This document shows, one piece after another, positions 8,126-16,973 of a stretch of DNA of 64,000 nt (position 1 is its first letter; every line of letters starts with the position of its first letter). Under the pieces are notes generated by a model. It saw only the letters and a list, made by a program, of their open reading frames with translations. It was not told the DNA's origin and searched no databases. The DNA lies in IMG/VR virus record IMGVR_UViG_3300043449_002292, positions 32,001-96,000 of that record. One strand, written 5' to 3'. The DNA comes from a virus. The translations under genes were made by a program, and so were the position numbers.

Positions 8126-9128
8126 TGAGGCCCCACCAATCGAGGGTGAGCTGTAAACCCTCTTCAAACTGCACCTGAGGTTCCCAGCTGATCGCCTGCT
8201 TCGCGATTGTCACATCAGCGAGCGTGTCCCGAACGTCGCCGAGCCGGGCCGGTGCATTGCTCACCTCGAGGTTCGGGAACTTCAGACGGAGCATATCGAG
8301 AACCTCGATATTCGCGAGTGACTTACCGGATCCCACGTTAAATGCATGACCGCGAAGGGGATGCTCACACTCAGCGGCAAGCCGGTTCGCACGTGCGACG
8401 TCCTTCACGAAGACGAGATCGCGAGTCTGGTAACCGTCACCGTCGGAACGAAGCGGACGTCCCTCCTTCAGGGCGGAGCACCACGCTGCGACTGCAGTGG
8501 AGTAGGGTGACTTACCGTCCTGGCCCGGTCCGTAAACATTGAAGTAACGAAGGCAGACGCTACGCTGATCGTAGAGACGACCGAAGAGGGTCAGATAGTC
8601 CTCGATCATCCGCTTCTGAAGACCGTAGGGCGACTGTGGGTTCGAAGGCGCGAACTCCGTGGTCGGCAGCTGGTCGATCTCTCCGTAGACTGCAGAGGAG
8701 GAGGAGAAAACGAACTTCGTTCCCGTTCCACGGATCGCGTCTAGAAGGGCGAGAGTTCGAGTGACGTTGAGGTCATTCGACTCGAAAGGATGCTCAACCG
8801 AGAAACCCACACGCGGCATCGCTGCAAGGTGGAAAATCACACCATAACGACCCTCCTTTGAGCGCTCCAGGACCTGCTGACATGCGAAGTCACCCTCGAT
8901 CACAAGAATCGAGCCCTCCACGCGCGAGGACTCAGGGTGCTTACTCTCAAAGGCATCGAGCAGATCCGCCGGGGAAGCTCGGAAGCTAAGACCGATAAGA
9001 GCATCGAGGGAGCCATTCGACATATCATCTACGATGTCTATCGTGTAACCATTCTCACGCAGCTCCCGAACAACATGGGAACCGATAAAACCACAACCAC
9101 CCGTAACCAGAGCACGCTTGCTATTCAT
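8112..9128 (-). CDS. NAD-dependent NDP-sugar epimerase/dehydratase (extended SDR, GalE/WbpP-like)
   Basis: TGGCGFIG, HLAA, SSSAVYG, YGLQK, LRYFNVYGP, GDGYQTRD. Confidence 0.93.
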   Translation of the reverse strand: MNSKRALVTGGCGFIGSHVVRELRENGYTIDIVDDMSNGSLDALIGLSFRASPADLLDAFESKHPESSRVEGSILVIEGDFACQQVLERSKEGRYGVIFHLAAMPRVGFSVEHPFESNDLNVTRTLALLDAIRGTGTKFVFSSSSAVYGEIDQLPTTEFAPSNPQSPYGLQKRMIEDYLTLFGRLYDQRSVCLRYFNVYGPGQDGKSPYSTAVAAWCSALKEGRPLRSDGDGYQTRDLVFVKDVARANRLAAECEHPLRGHAFNVGSGKSLANIEVLDMLRLKFPNLEVSNAPARLGDVRDTLADVTIAKQAISWEPQVQFEEGLQLTLDWWGLNASA

Positions 9129-9131
9129 TCA

Positions 9132-10115
9132 TCACCTCTTGAAAAAATGATAACCCTTGAAATCAGTCGAGAGCAGAAATCTAATTGACAGCTTTTCATC
9201 CTTCATCTTCCTCGCTCTAACCGAGCAGAGGATGTCACACCAATCCCTGATCAATGACTGTGAAAGCTGTTCATCAGTCTGATCGATCAGTTTCGGGGAG
9301 ACGAATACCATCCCGTCCCTGATCACGCCTTCGTTGGTCGAACGAACAGCCTCCTCAACGCGTATCAGATCGACTATCGGAAAGACCTTCGGATACGGCT
9401 GCATCGGACGACCGAAGTTATCGCTGGAATTCGCGATCGCGTCCAGCATCTCGAAGTCCCTCTCGTAGCAGTGGAGCGAGTTCGAGGTGTGGACATACTC
9501 ACCGAGCTCGACCCCCAGCTCATTCGCCATGATCTCCTGCATCGTGGTGAATGCCGGAACGTCGTAGGCGATGCCGAGGATGATATCGCTCGACCGCATG
9601 TTGACGTGGAGGTGGAGCTTGCCCTCACGGATAAAGAACTGGAGCGCGAGGGTGCACGGGACATCCTTCACTGCGTGGAGGGAGTCGTCAGGGGTCCTGA
9701 TGTGGATCACCGCCCGACGGGAGTCGGGATCCTTCCGGAGCTCCTCCTTCACGTAATCCCACTGGACGATACCGCCTGCCGCGATCCGATCATGCGGTCG
9801 GAAGATTCGAGCCCCGTAGGCGGAGTTCGCCGTCTTGCCGTCATCGCTGATTCCCTTCCAGAACGATGCGTAATACGAGATCCACTCCGTGGAATCGTTA
9901 CCGCTCAGATACCACAGAGTCTCCGCGACGAAATATGACAGGGAGAAATTTCGAGCTTCCACAAATGGGAGACGATCACGCGGATCCTTAATCCTGAACT
10001 GAACGCCCAGTTTCTCCTTGATCTTCATCCCACGAGGAGATGAAACAAACTCAGACTCATCCCTGACCATCCTACAAAGATCAATGTAGGCCTGCGTGAA
10101 ATTACCGTATGTCAT
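9132..10115 (-). CDS. Thymidylate-synthase-fold enzyme with a dCMP-type specificity residue (dCMP hydroxymethylase-like)
   Basis: DSRRAVI, DVPCT, MRSSDIILGIAYD (Asp at the E. coli ThyA Asn177 position), SLHCYE; ATG 10115 overlaps the kinase stop (ATGA). Confidence 0.88.
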   Translation of the reverse strand: MTYGNFTQAYIDLCRMVRDESEFVSSPRGMKIKEKLGVQFRIKDPRDRLPFVEARNFSLSYFVAETLWYLSGNDSTEWISYYASFWKGISDDGKTANSAYGARIFRPHDRIAAGGIVQWDYVKEELRKDPDSRRAVIHIRTPDDSLHAVKDVPCTLALQFFIREGKLHLHVNMRSSDIILGIAYDVPAFTTMQEIMANELGVELGEYVHTSNSLHCYERDFEMLDAIANSSDNFGRPMQPYPKVFPIVDLIRVEEAVRSTNEGVIRDGMVFVSPKLIDQTDEQLSQSLIRDWCDILCSVRARKMKDEKLSIRFLLSTDFKGYHFFKR

Positions 10116-10639
10116 GTATTCATCTCCAACCACGTGAGAATCTCGGTGATCTCCCTGTTAAGATTCTCGTCATCGACCCAAAGTGTGAGGCACTCGCATT
10201 TCGTCCACGCTTGGAATTGCTCATAGAGACCGTCCAGCTTCCTGAGGGCTTCCTCGTCAATGTAATCGTGCAGGTCGTCACGTATCCCAGAGTAGCTCTT
10301 GCGACGGCAGATAACGAACTTACCGCCAGCCTCAGCAAACTTGTCATCAATCTTCCTGAGGATCTCAAAGTCAGTGTCCCTGTTGAAGAACTGCGCATAC
10401 ACCCACTCGGAGGCATGATTTCGGTCCATGATCACGCTGGTTCCCGTCTGCAGGAGGAACTCGGTCAGGAACGTGGATCCGTAAATCAGCAGATTCTTGA
10501 AGTAGCTCGGATCGTGAAGATCCGCATACCATTCGCCCTTGTTCTTGAAAGTAGGAACTCCGAGAAGTCTCGATAGCTCAGCGGCGATCTCGGACTTACC
10601 CGTCATGTCTGGACCCTCGAGTCCGATCAAAATTGCCAT
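10112..10639 (-). CDS. dNMP kinase (thymidylate-kinase-like)
   Basis: EGPDMTGKS P-loop, MDRNHASEWVY. Confidence 0.85.
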   Translation of the reverse strand: MAILIGLEGPDMTGKSEIAAELSRLLGVPTFKNKGEWYADLHDPSYFKNLLIYGSTFLTEFLLQTGTSVIMDRNHASEWVYAQFFNRDTDFEILRKIDDKFAEAGGKFVICRRKSYSGIRDDLHDYIDEEALRKLDGLYEQFQAWTKCECLTLWVDDENLNREITEILTWLEMNT

Positions 10640-10640
10640 T

Positions 10641-11696
10641 TCAGCCTCTCTTCGCGTGTTGCTCGATTATATCAATCTTATGCCCAGGGCTAAAATCGAC
10701 AACCTTGCGAAGGGCATTTTCCTGCTGTTCGATAATTTCGACTCTCTCCTTCACGCTCATCTGCGAGATTCTCATAACGCAGCGAATCACATCTGATGGA
10801 TCATCAACGAGAAAATCGCCTAAGCCGACGGGTCTAGCGTGAACGTATTCATTCGGAATCAGTGAGATGACGCCGGCTTGGATCGCCTCCGTGAATCGCA
10901 TCGTGATGTTGCCGTAAGGTGTGTAATCATCACGTGTGATGTGGGTCACGGCCACGGAGTTGTTGATGACGCCGAAGATCTCCTTGTAAGCAAGTCGATG
11001 ACCGAAAGCGATGTTCGGATTCTCGCGAAGCAGGATGCTTGGATCCTTGCGCTCAGGGCTCCTCTCAAGCCAGTTACCCCAGACCTTCGTCTGGATCCCA
11101 CGCTCCCGTAGTGCCTGACTTGGGTTCGAGTAATACTTTTTGAACTGCGGGTCACGATCGTAGTTGTTACCCACATAGGTGTAGTTGTATGAATACTCAG
11201 CGGGCTTGAAGAGCCGTCGTGCCGAGGAAGCCCATGGCATCGAGATTCGAGAACGCGTCTGCTCACGTGGATTGATGCAAGCGTCCGCGAGCTGAGCATT
11301 CGGCCAGCGAAGCTCCTCCTCCGGGGTCATCTTCAGATCGCCGTCATGGATGATGATGGGAACGCCCTTCTTGTGATAGTGGTCGAGGAGCTCACACTGC
11401 CGTCGGTAGTCCGGCTCGGTCGCCCGATCGCCCCCGAGGCTTGCATCATTCTTCCAGGTCGGCCAGCGCCACTCAACGAAGAGAACGTCACCTTCCGGAA
11501 ATCCAGTATCGTCGTATTCGACACCGGAATAGGGTTCGTCGTCTCGACGCTTCTGCACCTGGACCATGGTGTGGCCGCGGCGCTGCATCTCATCGACCAG
11601 ATCAACTCGACCACCACGATAGTGGTCGGGGGTGTTCGAAACAGTTTGCTTTTCGAAAGGGGTTACAAAGCCCCAGAATGAGTATAGAATTCGCAC
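10641..11696 (-). CDS. GT-B glycosyltransferase resembling T4 beta-glucosyltransferase
   Basis: 351 aa; C-terminal NITMRFTEA...FLVDDPSDVI...ERVEIIEQQ resembles my recollection of the BGT C-terminus (FITLRVWET...FYVNNRAELI...RKEMLSIQ); gene context. Confidence 0.7.
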   Translation of the reverse strand: MRILYSFWGFVTPFEKQTVSNTPDHYRGGRVDLVDEMQRRGHTMVQVQKRRDDEPYSGVEYDDTGFPEGDVLFVEWRWPTWKNDASLGGDRATEPDYRRQCELLDHYHKKGVPIIIHDGDLKMTPEEELRWPNAQLADACINPREQTRSRISMPWASSARRLFKPAEYSYNYTYVGNNYDRDPQFKKYYSNPSQALRERGIQTKVWGNWLERSPERKDPSILLRENPNIAFGHRLAYKEIFGVINNSVAVTHITRDDYTPYGNITMRFTEAIQAGVISLIPNEYVHARPVGLGDFLVDDPSDVIRCVMRISQMSVKERVEIIEQQENALRKVVDFSPGHKIDIIEQHAKRG

Positions 11697-11704
11697 CTTT
11701 TACC

Positions 11705-14700
11705 TCACATGACCTTGATTTTCTTACCTTTTGTCGACAAACCGAAGTCGGAACGATCGACCTCAGCAACGCACAGCGTGTACGGCTCGAAACCAATCTT
11801 ACCGTCCCAATCCCACATGAACATCTTTTCCGTGTTTCCAGCCTCACCCATCACCTGAAGCATGAGGTAGGGCTTACCGTTCTTCGTCTTCTTCTCGACC
11901 GAGCTCACGACGACGAACCAGTAGATGTCAAGTCTCTCCCAGTTATCGATGGAGTAAACCTCCTTGTCCTTGAATTTCTGACGAAGTTCTGGGGAGATGA
12001 GGGAGACCGGATCCATCTTACCCGAGAGCTCGATCTGCATGAGAGCCATCTCACGACGAGTCCACTCGGGCATGCCCTCAGTCTCGACGAGGAGCTCACG
12101 GAAGCGCTTGACACCACGCTGCGGATCCTTCTTAGCCCATTTCTTGATGTCCTCCGCGTTCTCGATAAGAACATGATGCATCTGCTTCCAGGATGAGAAC
12201 TGCTTACCCTTACCGACAATGCCCATCGATTCGAACCCACCGGCTTTGATGAGAGCCTCAAGGGCCCGACGATTGAACTTCGAGGGTCGCCACTGACCGT
12301 CTTCCTTCCATAGCATCTCCTCGATGGACCTATACGGACGGCATGCCACGATCTCCTCGATCGCTGTCTCACCGACGCCCTTGATTGTGTTGAAGGACGG
12401 AATTAGGAGCTTACGCTCAGCATCGACGGACCATTGGTTCGTGGAGAGGTTGATATCGACGTTGCCGATATCATAGCCCATCTTCTTCACGTCGGAGATT
12501 GCCTGGGCACGGTCGTCCGGGTTTCCGATCATCGATTCCATGTAAGCGCAGAGCCACTCAGCCTCGTAGTATGTCAGGAGCCAGGCGCAGTAGTAGGAAT
12601 CGATCGCATAGGCGAGAGCGTGGGAGAGGTTGAAGCCGTAACCTGCGAAGAAGAGGATGTCGTCCCAGAGCTTCGAGGCCACCGACTCCTTGATCCCGTT
12701 CCCGACAGCGCCGTTGACGAAGCTGTCCTTCATCGCCTTCGCCTTCTTCATCGACTCTTCAGGGTTACCGCCCTGACGCTTCAGAATGTTCTTTCGGACC
12801 TTATCACACTCGGACTTCGGGAATCCTGCCACCACGTTGCAGAGCTGCATGAGCTGCTCCTGGAAGATGATGCAGCCGAATGTTGGCTCCAGCACCTGCT
12901 TGATGAGTGGGTGCTTGTAATCAATGTTACGCGGATTCGCCTTCGCCTCGAGGTAGAGCTTATCAACCTTCGCCGCTAGCGGACCTGGCCGGAAGACTGA
13001 AGTGAGTGTGGCGATGTCGATGATCGATCGTGGCTTCGCATTCTGGAAGAGACGCTGGGCACCCTTGCTGGTGAGCTGGAAGACACCCGGGGTGCGGGTC
13101 GTCGCCTCATGGTAGACGTTCTCATACACTCTCTGATCATCAAAATCGAGCACGTCGTTCGACATATACTTATCGAACCATGCCTTGACGTCCTTGAACT
13201 TCGGGTCCTTGAGGCCATGATGACGTTCAAGGATGAGCTCGATCGTTCGACGGATCATGCGCAGAGTTTCGAGCCCGAGGAGGTCGAACTTAACCCAACC
13301 AAGCATCTCGAGATGCTTGTAGTTCATGCCCTCGACCCAGGGGGTCTGCTGCTCGCCCTTCGCCATGATGAGTGGCATCCGCTCCTGGATACGTTCGGAG
13401 ATGATGACACCTCCGGCATGACGACCGAGGGCCTTATTCTGCCGGAAGAGAACCTTGATCGACTCGGAGACCTGCGGGTACTTGTCGATGAATTCCCGGA
13501 AACTCGGGCTGTGCTCGTAGCTCTCCTCGAACGTCAGGACGAAGAGGTTCTTGTCGTCGCCGACCTTGCGGGTCGCATCCATGACCTCCTTCTCCACGGT
13601 CTTCAGGGAGGCATTCACCTCCTCGAGCGGGATGTCGTACAGTCTCGAGATATCGCGAACGAGGGTCTTCAACTTGAAGGTGTTGTAGTTCGAGATTGGA
13701 ACGATGTTCTCACCGCCGAACTTCGAACGAAGGATCGCCAGGAGCTGATCGCGGTTCTCAACGTCAGTATCGATGTCAGGTAAACCCTCACGGTCCGGAG
13801 ACAGGAACCGCTCGAAGAGCAGACCATACTTGATTGGATCAACATCGGTGATCCCGAGCACGTAGCAGACGAGCGAGCCCGCACCGGAACCTCGACCAGG
13901 ACCGATGAACATCTCCTCCTTCGCAGCCGAGATGATCTCCTTCATCGTGAGGAAGTAGGAGGCGAAATCCTTCTGCTTGATAACATCGATCTCGTAGTCT
14001 GCACGCTCAACGTAGTCCTGACGGCCAGCGAGACCCTTCGCGGCAAGACCCGCCTTCACAGCATCAACAAGTGCCTCATTCGCGGTCTTACCCTTCGGGA
14101 TGACGTAACTCGGAAGCTTAACGGAGCGATCAGGCTGCACGTCACCGATCTCCTCATGGGCGAGATGCCAGGTGCGCTCGACAGCCTTACGGATGAGATC
14201 CTCCTGGCCATGGTAGAACGCTTCGGTCTGCCGGGATGTAAGGAACTCGTCCCAGACCTGGGACGCGTTCTTCGGGTAGAGCTCACACTTCAGCTGGTCC
14301 TTGCTCTTCGGGATTGAATCAGCCGAAAGCTCGGCGTAGTTGAGCCAACCGAGCTTCTTGTAGATCTCACGCTCACGCCAGTGCTCAGGGCGGGCGTAGT
14401 GGGAGTCGCAGGTGACGACAAGCTGATCCGTCATGCCCTGCCGCTGGGCAAACTCGATGAGAGCGCGGTTGACGATGTGCTGCGCCGGGAGCCGATTGAA
14501 CTGAAGCTCCAGCATCACGTTCTTCCGACCAACGGCCCACGCGAGGCCATCGAAGGAGTTACCGATGCGGTTGATGACGCGCTCCATCATCGATGGATCG
14601 TCGAGTAGTCGGCTGTTGAGACTGTCGAAGCTGTGTTCCTGCAGCTCACGGAAAACCTCAAAGGCAAGCGGACCACCGACGCAAGCAGTCGAGACGATGA

Positions 14701-15373
14701 AGTTGTCGTCCTCCTGTGCCTCCTTCAGCATCCGAAGATCGACACGCGGGAACTTGTAGAAACCCTCGGAGTATCCGCGGCTCACAAGACCGAAGAGTCG
14801 CTCGAGACCCTTGCTGTGTCGAGGTAGGACCACGAGATGGTGACGACGGTTGATCGGATTGAAGTGCTTTGTGGACTTCGTCTCGTCCTCATTCTCGATC
14901 GTGAGGGCCGAGTTATCGGTGTCGATGCCGATCGTCTCGTCATTCTCATCGGTTGTGGCAACAATGGGAGTCACCACATTCTCGGGCTTTACCTTCGCTT
15001 TCGCGTGGCTCTTGCGATCACGCTTGAGCTGCTGCCACTCATCGTACTCACCGCGCCAGGCATCGAGATCCGGGTGGATATACATCTCACAACCTGGGAT
15101 GAGCTTGAAGTCCTTCCCAGCCTTTCGCATCTTATCGACGTGCAGCCACGCATGACCGAACGAGTTCATGTGACCGTGGTTCGTCATCGACCAGCCGTCG
15201 AGGCCATTCTCCGCGCAGAAGTCGATGTGCTCCTGTGGAAGACCGAGTCCGTCGAACACGCTGAAGCCGTCATGGGAATGCAAGCCGAAGAACTTCTCCG
15301 GACGCTTCAATTCGCTTCCATCTGCCATTTTATCTCCTGGGTCAACTATATCAGGACCCAGGATGGTTTGCAC
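11705..15373 (-). CDS. dnaE: DNA polymerase III alpha subunit (family C)
   Basis: PHP domain HSH..FSVFDG, GPGRGSGAGSLV, FERFL, PDIDTD, KFDLLGL, YGFNLSHA; no intein seen. Confidence 0.97.
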   Translation of the reverse strand: MQTILGPDIVDPGDKMADGSELKRPEKFFGLHSHDGFSVFDGLGLPQEHIDFCAENGLDGWSMTNHGHMNSFGHAWLHVDKMRKAGKDFKLIPGCEMYIHPDLDAWRGEYDEWQQLKRDRKSHAKAKVKPENVVTPIVATTDENDETIGIDTDNSALTIENEDETKSTKHFNPINRRHHLVVLPRHSKGLERLFGLVSRGYSEGFYKFPRVDLRMLKEAQEDDNFIVSTACVGGPLAFEVFRELQEHSFDSLNSRLLDDPSMMERVINRIGNSFDGLAWAVGRKNVMLELQFNRLPAQHIVNRALIEFAQRQGMTDQLVVTCDSHYARPEHWREREIYKKLGWLNYAELSADSIPKSKDQLKCELYPKNASQVWDEFLTSRQTEAFYHGQEDLIRKAVERTWHLAHEEIGDVQPDRSVKLPSYVIPKGKTANEALVDAVKAGLAAKGLAGRQDYVERADYEIDVIKQKDFASYFLTMKEIISAAKEEMFIGPGRGSGAGSLVCYVLGITDVDPIKYGLLFERFLSPDREGLPDIDTDVENRDQLLAILRSKFGGENIVPISNYNTFKLKTLVRDISRLYDIPLEEVNASLKTVEKEVMDATRKVGDDKNLFVLTFEESYEHSPSFREFIDKYPQVSESIKVLFRQNKALGRHAGGVIISERIQERMPLIMAKGEQQTPWVEGMNYKHLEMLGWVKFDLLGLETLRMIRRTIELILERHHGLKDPKFKDVKAWFDKYMSNDVLDFDDQRVYENVYHEATTRTPGVFQLTSKGAQRLFQNAKPRSIIDIATLTSVFRPGPLAAKVDKLYLEAKANPRNIDYKHPLIKQVLEPTFGCIIFQEQLMQLCNVVAGFPKSECDKVRKNILKRQGGNPEESMKKAKAMKDSFVNGAVGNGIKESVASKLWDDILFFAGYGFNLSHALAYAIDSYYCAWLLTYYEAEWLCAYMESMIGNPDDRAQAISDVKKMGYDIGNVDINLSTNQWSVDAERKLLIPSFNTIKGVGETAIEEIVACRPYRSIEEMLWKEDGQWRPSKFNRRALEALIKAGGFESMGIVGKGKQFSSWKQMHHVLIENAEDIKKWAKKDPQRGVKRFRELLVETEGMPEWTRREMALMQIELSGKMDPVSLISPELRQKFKDKEVYSIDNWERLDIYWFVVVSSVEKKTKNGKPYLMLQVMGEAGNTEKMFMWDWDGKIGFEPYTLCVAEVDRSDFGLSTKGKKIKVM

Positions 15374-15387
15374 GAGTTACGAGTCGA

Positions 15388-15999
15388 CTAGAGATCGTCC
15401 TTTGGCGTGTCGTATCGATTCAGGACGACCATATTCTTGTAAAGATCCTCCCGAGCTTGCGCTCGTTGAGCGCGACCCAGTTGGATCCGCGCTTCCAGAT
15501 CTTTCTGATAATTTGGGTCATGCTTACGTGACAGTGCTGCGTGCCACTCGTCCGATGCGTCCCTCATGCGCTTCGAGTTCGCGGCGCGCTCTCGCTCGAG
15601 AGCCCGTTCCTCGGCGGCCTCTTTATTACGTTGTTTTTGCGCCTCAGCCTCTTTCTTCTTGGCGGAAGTTATCTTGGCTTGAGCCTCTGAATGATAATCC
15701 CTGATCGCTTTGGCCGCGGCGATTCTATATTCCTTTCTCTCCCTTGGGTTGCCGTTCCACTCACGTGGGAGATACTTCGCATCGTAGAGCCCTCTTTCAA
15801 ACTCGCCCAACCACTTTGCAGGATCCCAGCCTCTGTCCATCTTATCCCTCAGCTTCGGCCAAAGATCATTCTCTGTGGTAAAATGCTTCTCCGCCTTATC
15901 TTCACCCGACTTGAACCAATCGAAAAATCCTTCGTTCAGTCTGAGCTCGCGCGTGATCTCTTCACGAATAATCCGCTTGATTCTTGAATCATTTATCAT
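15388..15999 (-). CDS. Hypothetical protein with IIREE leader
   Basis: MINDSRIKRIIREEITRELRLNEG; ATATTTA 23 nt upstream. Confidence 0.75.
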   Translation of the reverse strand: MINDSRIKRIIREEITRELRLNEGFFDWFKSGEDKAEKHFTTENDLWPKLRDKMDRGWDPAKWLGEFERGLYDAKYLPREWNGNPRERKEYRIAAAKAIRDYHSEAQAKITSAKKKEAEAQKQRNKEAAEERALERERAANSKRMRDASDEWHAALSRKHDPNYQKDLEARIQLGRAQRAQAREDLYKNMVVLNRYDTPKDDL

Positions 16000-16021
16000 T
16001 GTGGGCTGACCTCACAAACGT

Positions 16022-16028
16022 TAAATAT
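16022..16028 (-). promoter_or_regulatory. Putative late promoter ATATTTA
   Basis: Upstream of ATG 15999. Confidence 0.55.
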
Positions 16029-16036
16029 CATCTGAA

Positions 16037-16474
16037 TCACAAAACGAACGTCAGCAAGGTATTTATCTTTTTCATTCTTTCGCGATGATATTCTCTTCTT
16101 TCAGAAGTCCAACTTGATTTGGACCGCTCAGACATTTGCGTCTTTCTTTCTTCGTTACCTTCCCAGTGACCTTTCACGATGTAACTGATTTTCTTCTTAA
16201 CATCTTCTCTTCTTGTTGGGTTCTTATCTCCAAGAAGATACTTTTGTTTGTTCTCTTCGTCAGACCAAAACTTCTTCTTGATCTCTGACATTGTTTGAGA
16301 AACAGGTCTAGTCTCGATTCCATGATGTTTCATCCATCTGCAAATCGTAGATACGCCTGTGTTGTTTTCAAGAGCTATTTCTTTTTGTGTCTTCCCAAGA
16401 TCGCAATATTCACGATGAAGCCACTCTTTATCGACCCAAGGACCCGATTTTCTCATTGAAACTCCTACGCTCAT
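16037..16474 (-). CDS. AT-rich HTH/NUMOD3-like DNA-binding protein, possible homing-endonuclease remnant
   Basis: KEWLHREYCDLGKTQKEIA...STICRWMKHHGIETR HTH; basic REDVKKKIS/ERKTQMSE repeats; visibly lower GC than its flanks; no nuclease motif. Confidence 0.6.
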   Translation of the reverse strand: MSVGVSMRKSGPWVDKEWLHREYCDLGKTQKEIALENNTGVSTICRWMKHHGIETRPVSQTMSEIKKKFWSDEENKQKYLLGDKNPTRREDVKKKISYIVKGHWEGNEERKTQMSERSKSSWTSERREYHRERMKKINTLLTFVL

Positions 16475-16490
16475 AACTATAGCGTGAGTC

Positions 16491-16583
16491 TCATCTTTCT
16501 AAGAAAAGCCTACCGTTGAGGTGATCCCCAGCGTCCTTGGCTGCCGCCCTGATGATCTCGATGTTTTCCTTCGATAGTGCCAT
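16491..16583 (-). pseudogene. 30-aa ORF, probably a truncated small conserved protein
   Basis: MALSKENIEIIRAAAKDAGDHLNGRLFLER*, with AGGAG RBS and TATAAT upstream; ends where the AT-rich insert begins. Confidence 0.4.
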
Positions 16584-16636
16584 GCAGATCTCCTATCGGG
16601 GATTATAAGGAGCGACCGCCCCTCTTTTTAACCGCC

Positions 16637-16951
16637 TCAGCCCTTGCCGGGACGCTGACCACGGTGTTTCAGCTTCGACCTGGACATCTTCTCAGCCCGA
16701 TCCGTTGGCACTCCAGATGCCCTCAAGCGTGCAAGACGAACCTTCGTGAAATCGTCATCGGTCTCGTAAACCGCTCCCACGTCGAGCCCAGAATCATCGG
16801 AGCCCTCCCCACCTGGAATCATGGGTCTGTCAATGTCGTAACCGCCCTTCTCCTCCAGACCGTCATCCTGGACAATCAGTTTTTTACCGCGTTCGACGGA
16901 GGCAAGCTCCTCACGAATGATCCTTCTGAGCCGCGATTCGGTGATGCGCAT
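16637..16951 (-). CDS. Small protein with IIREE leader
   Basis: MRITESRLRRIIREEL; ATAGTTA at 16967-16973. Confidence 0.75.
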   Translation of the reverse strand: MRITESRLRRIIREELASVERGKKLIVQDDGLEEKGGYDIDRPMIPGGEGSDDSGLDVGAVYETDDDFTKVRLARLRASGVPTDRAEKMSRSKLKHRGQRPGKG

Positions 16952-16966
16952 TCCCTCTCCTATCGC

Positions 16967-16973
16967 TAACTAT
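16967..16973 (-). promoter_or_regulatory. Putative late promoter ATAGTTA
   Basis: 16 nt upstream of ATG 16951. Confidence 0.5.

Noticed and set aside
9132-10133. Annotation as ordinary thymidylate synthase thyA
   Set aside because: It has Asp at the Asn177 position and PCT at the catalytic Cys, sits in a GT/kinase context, and a separate ThyX is present.
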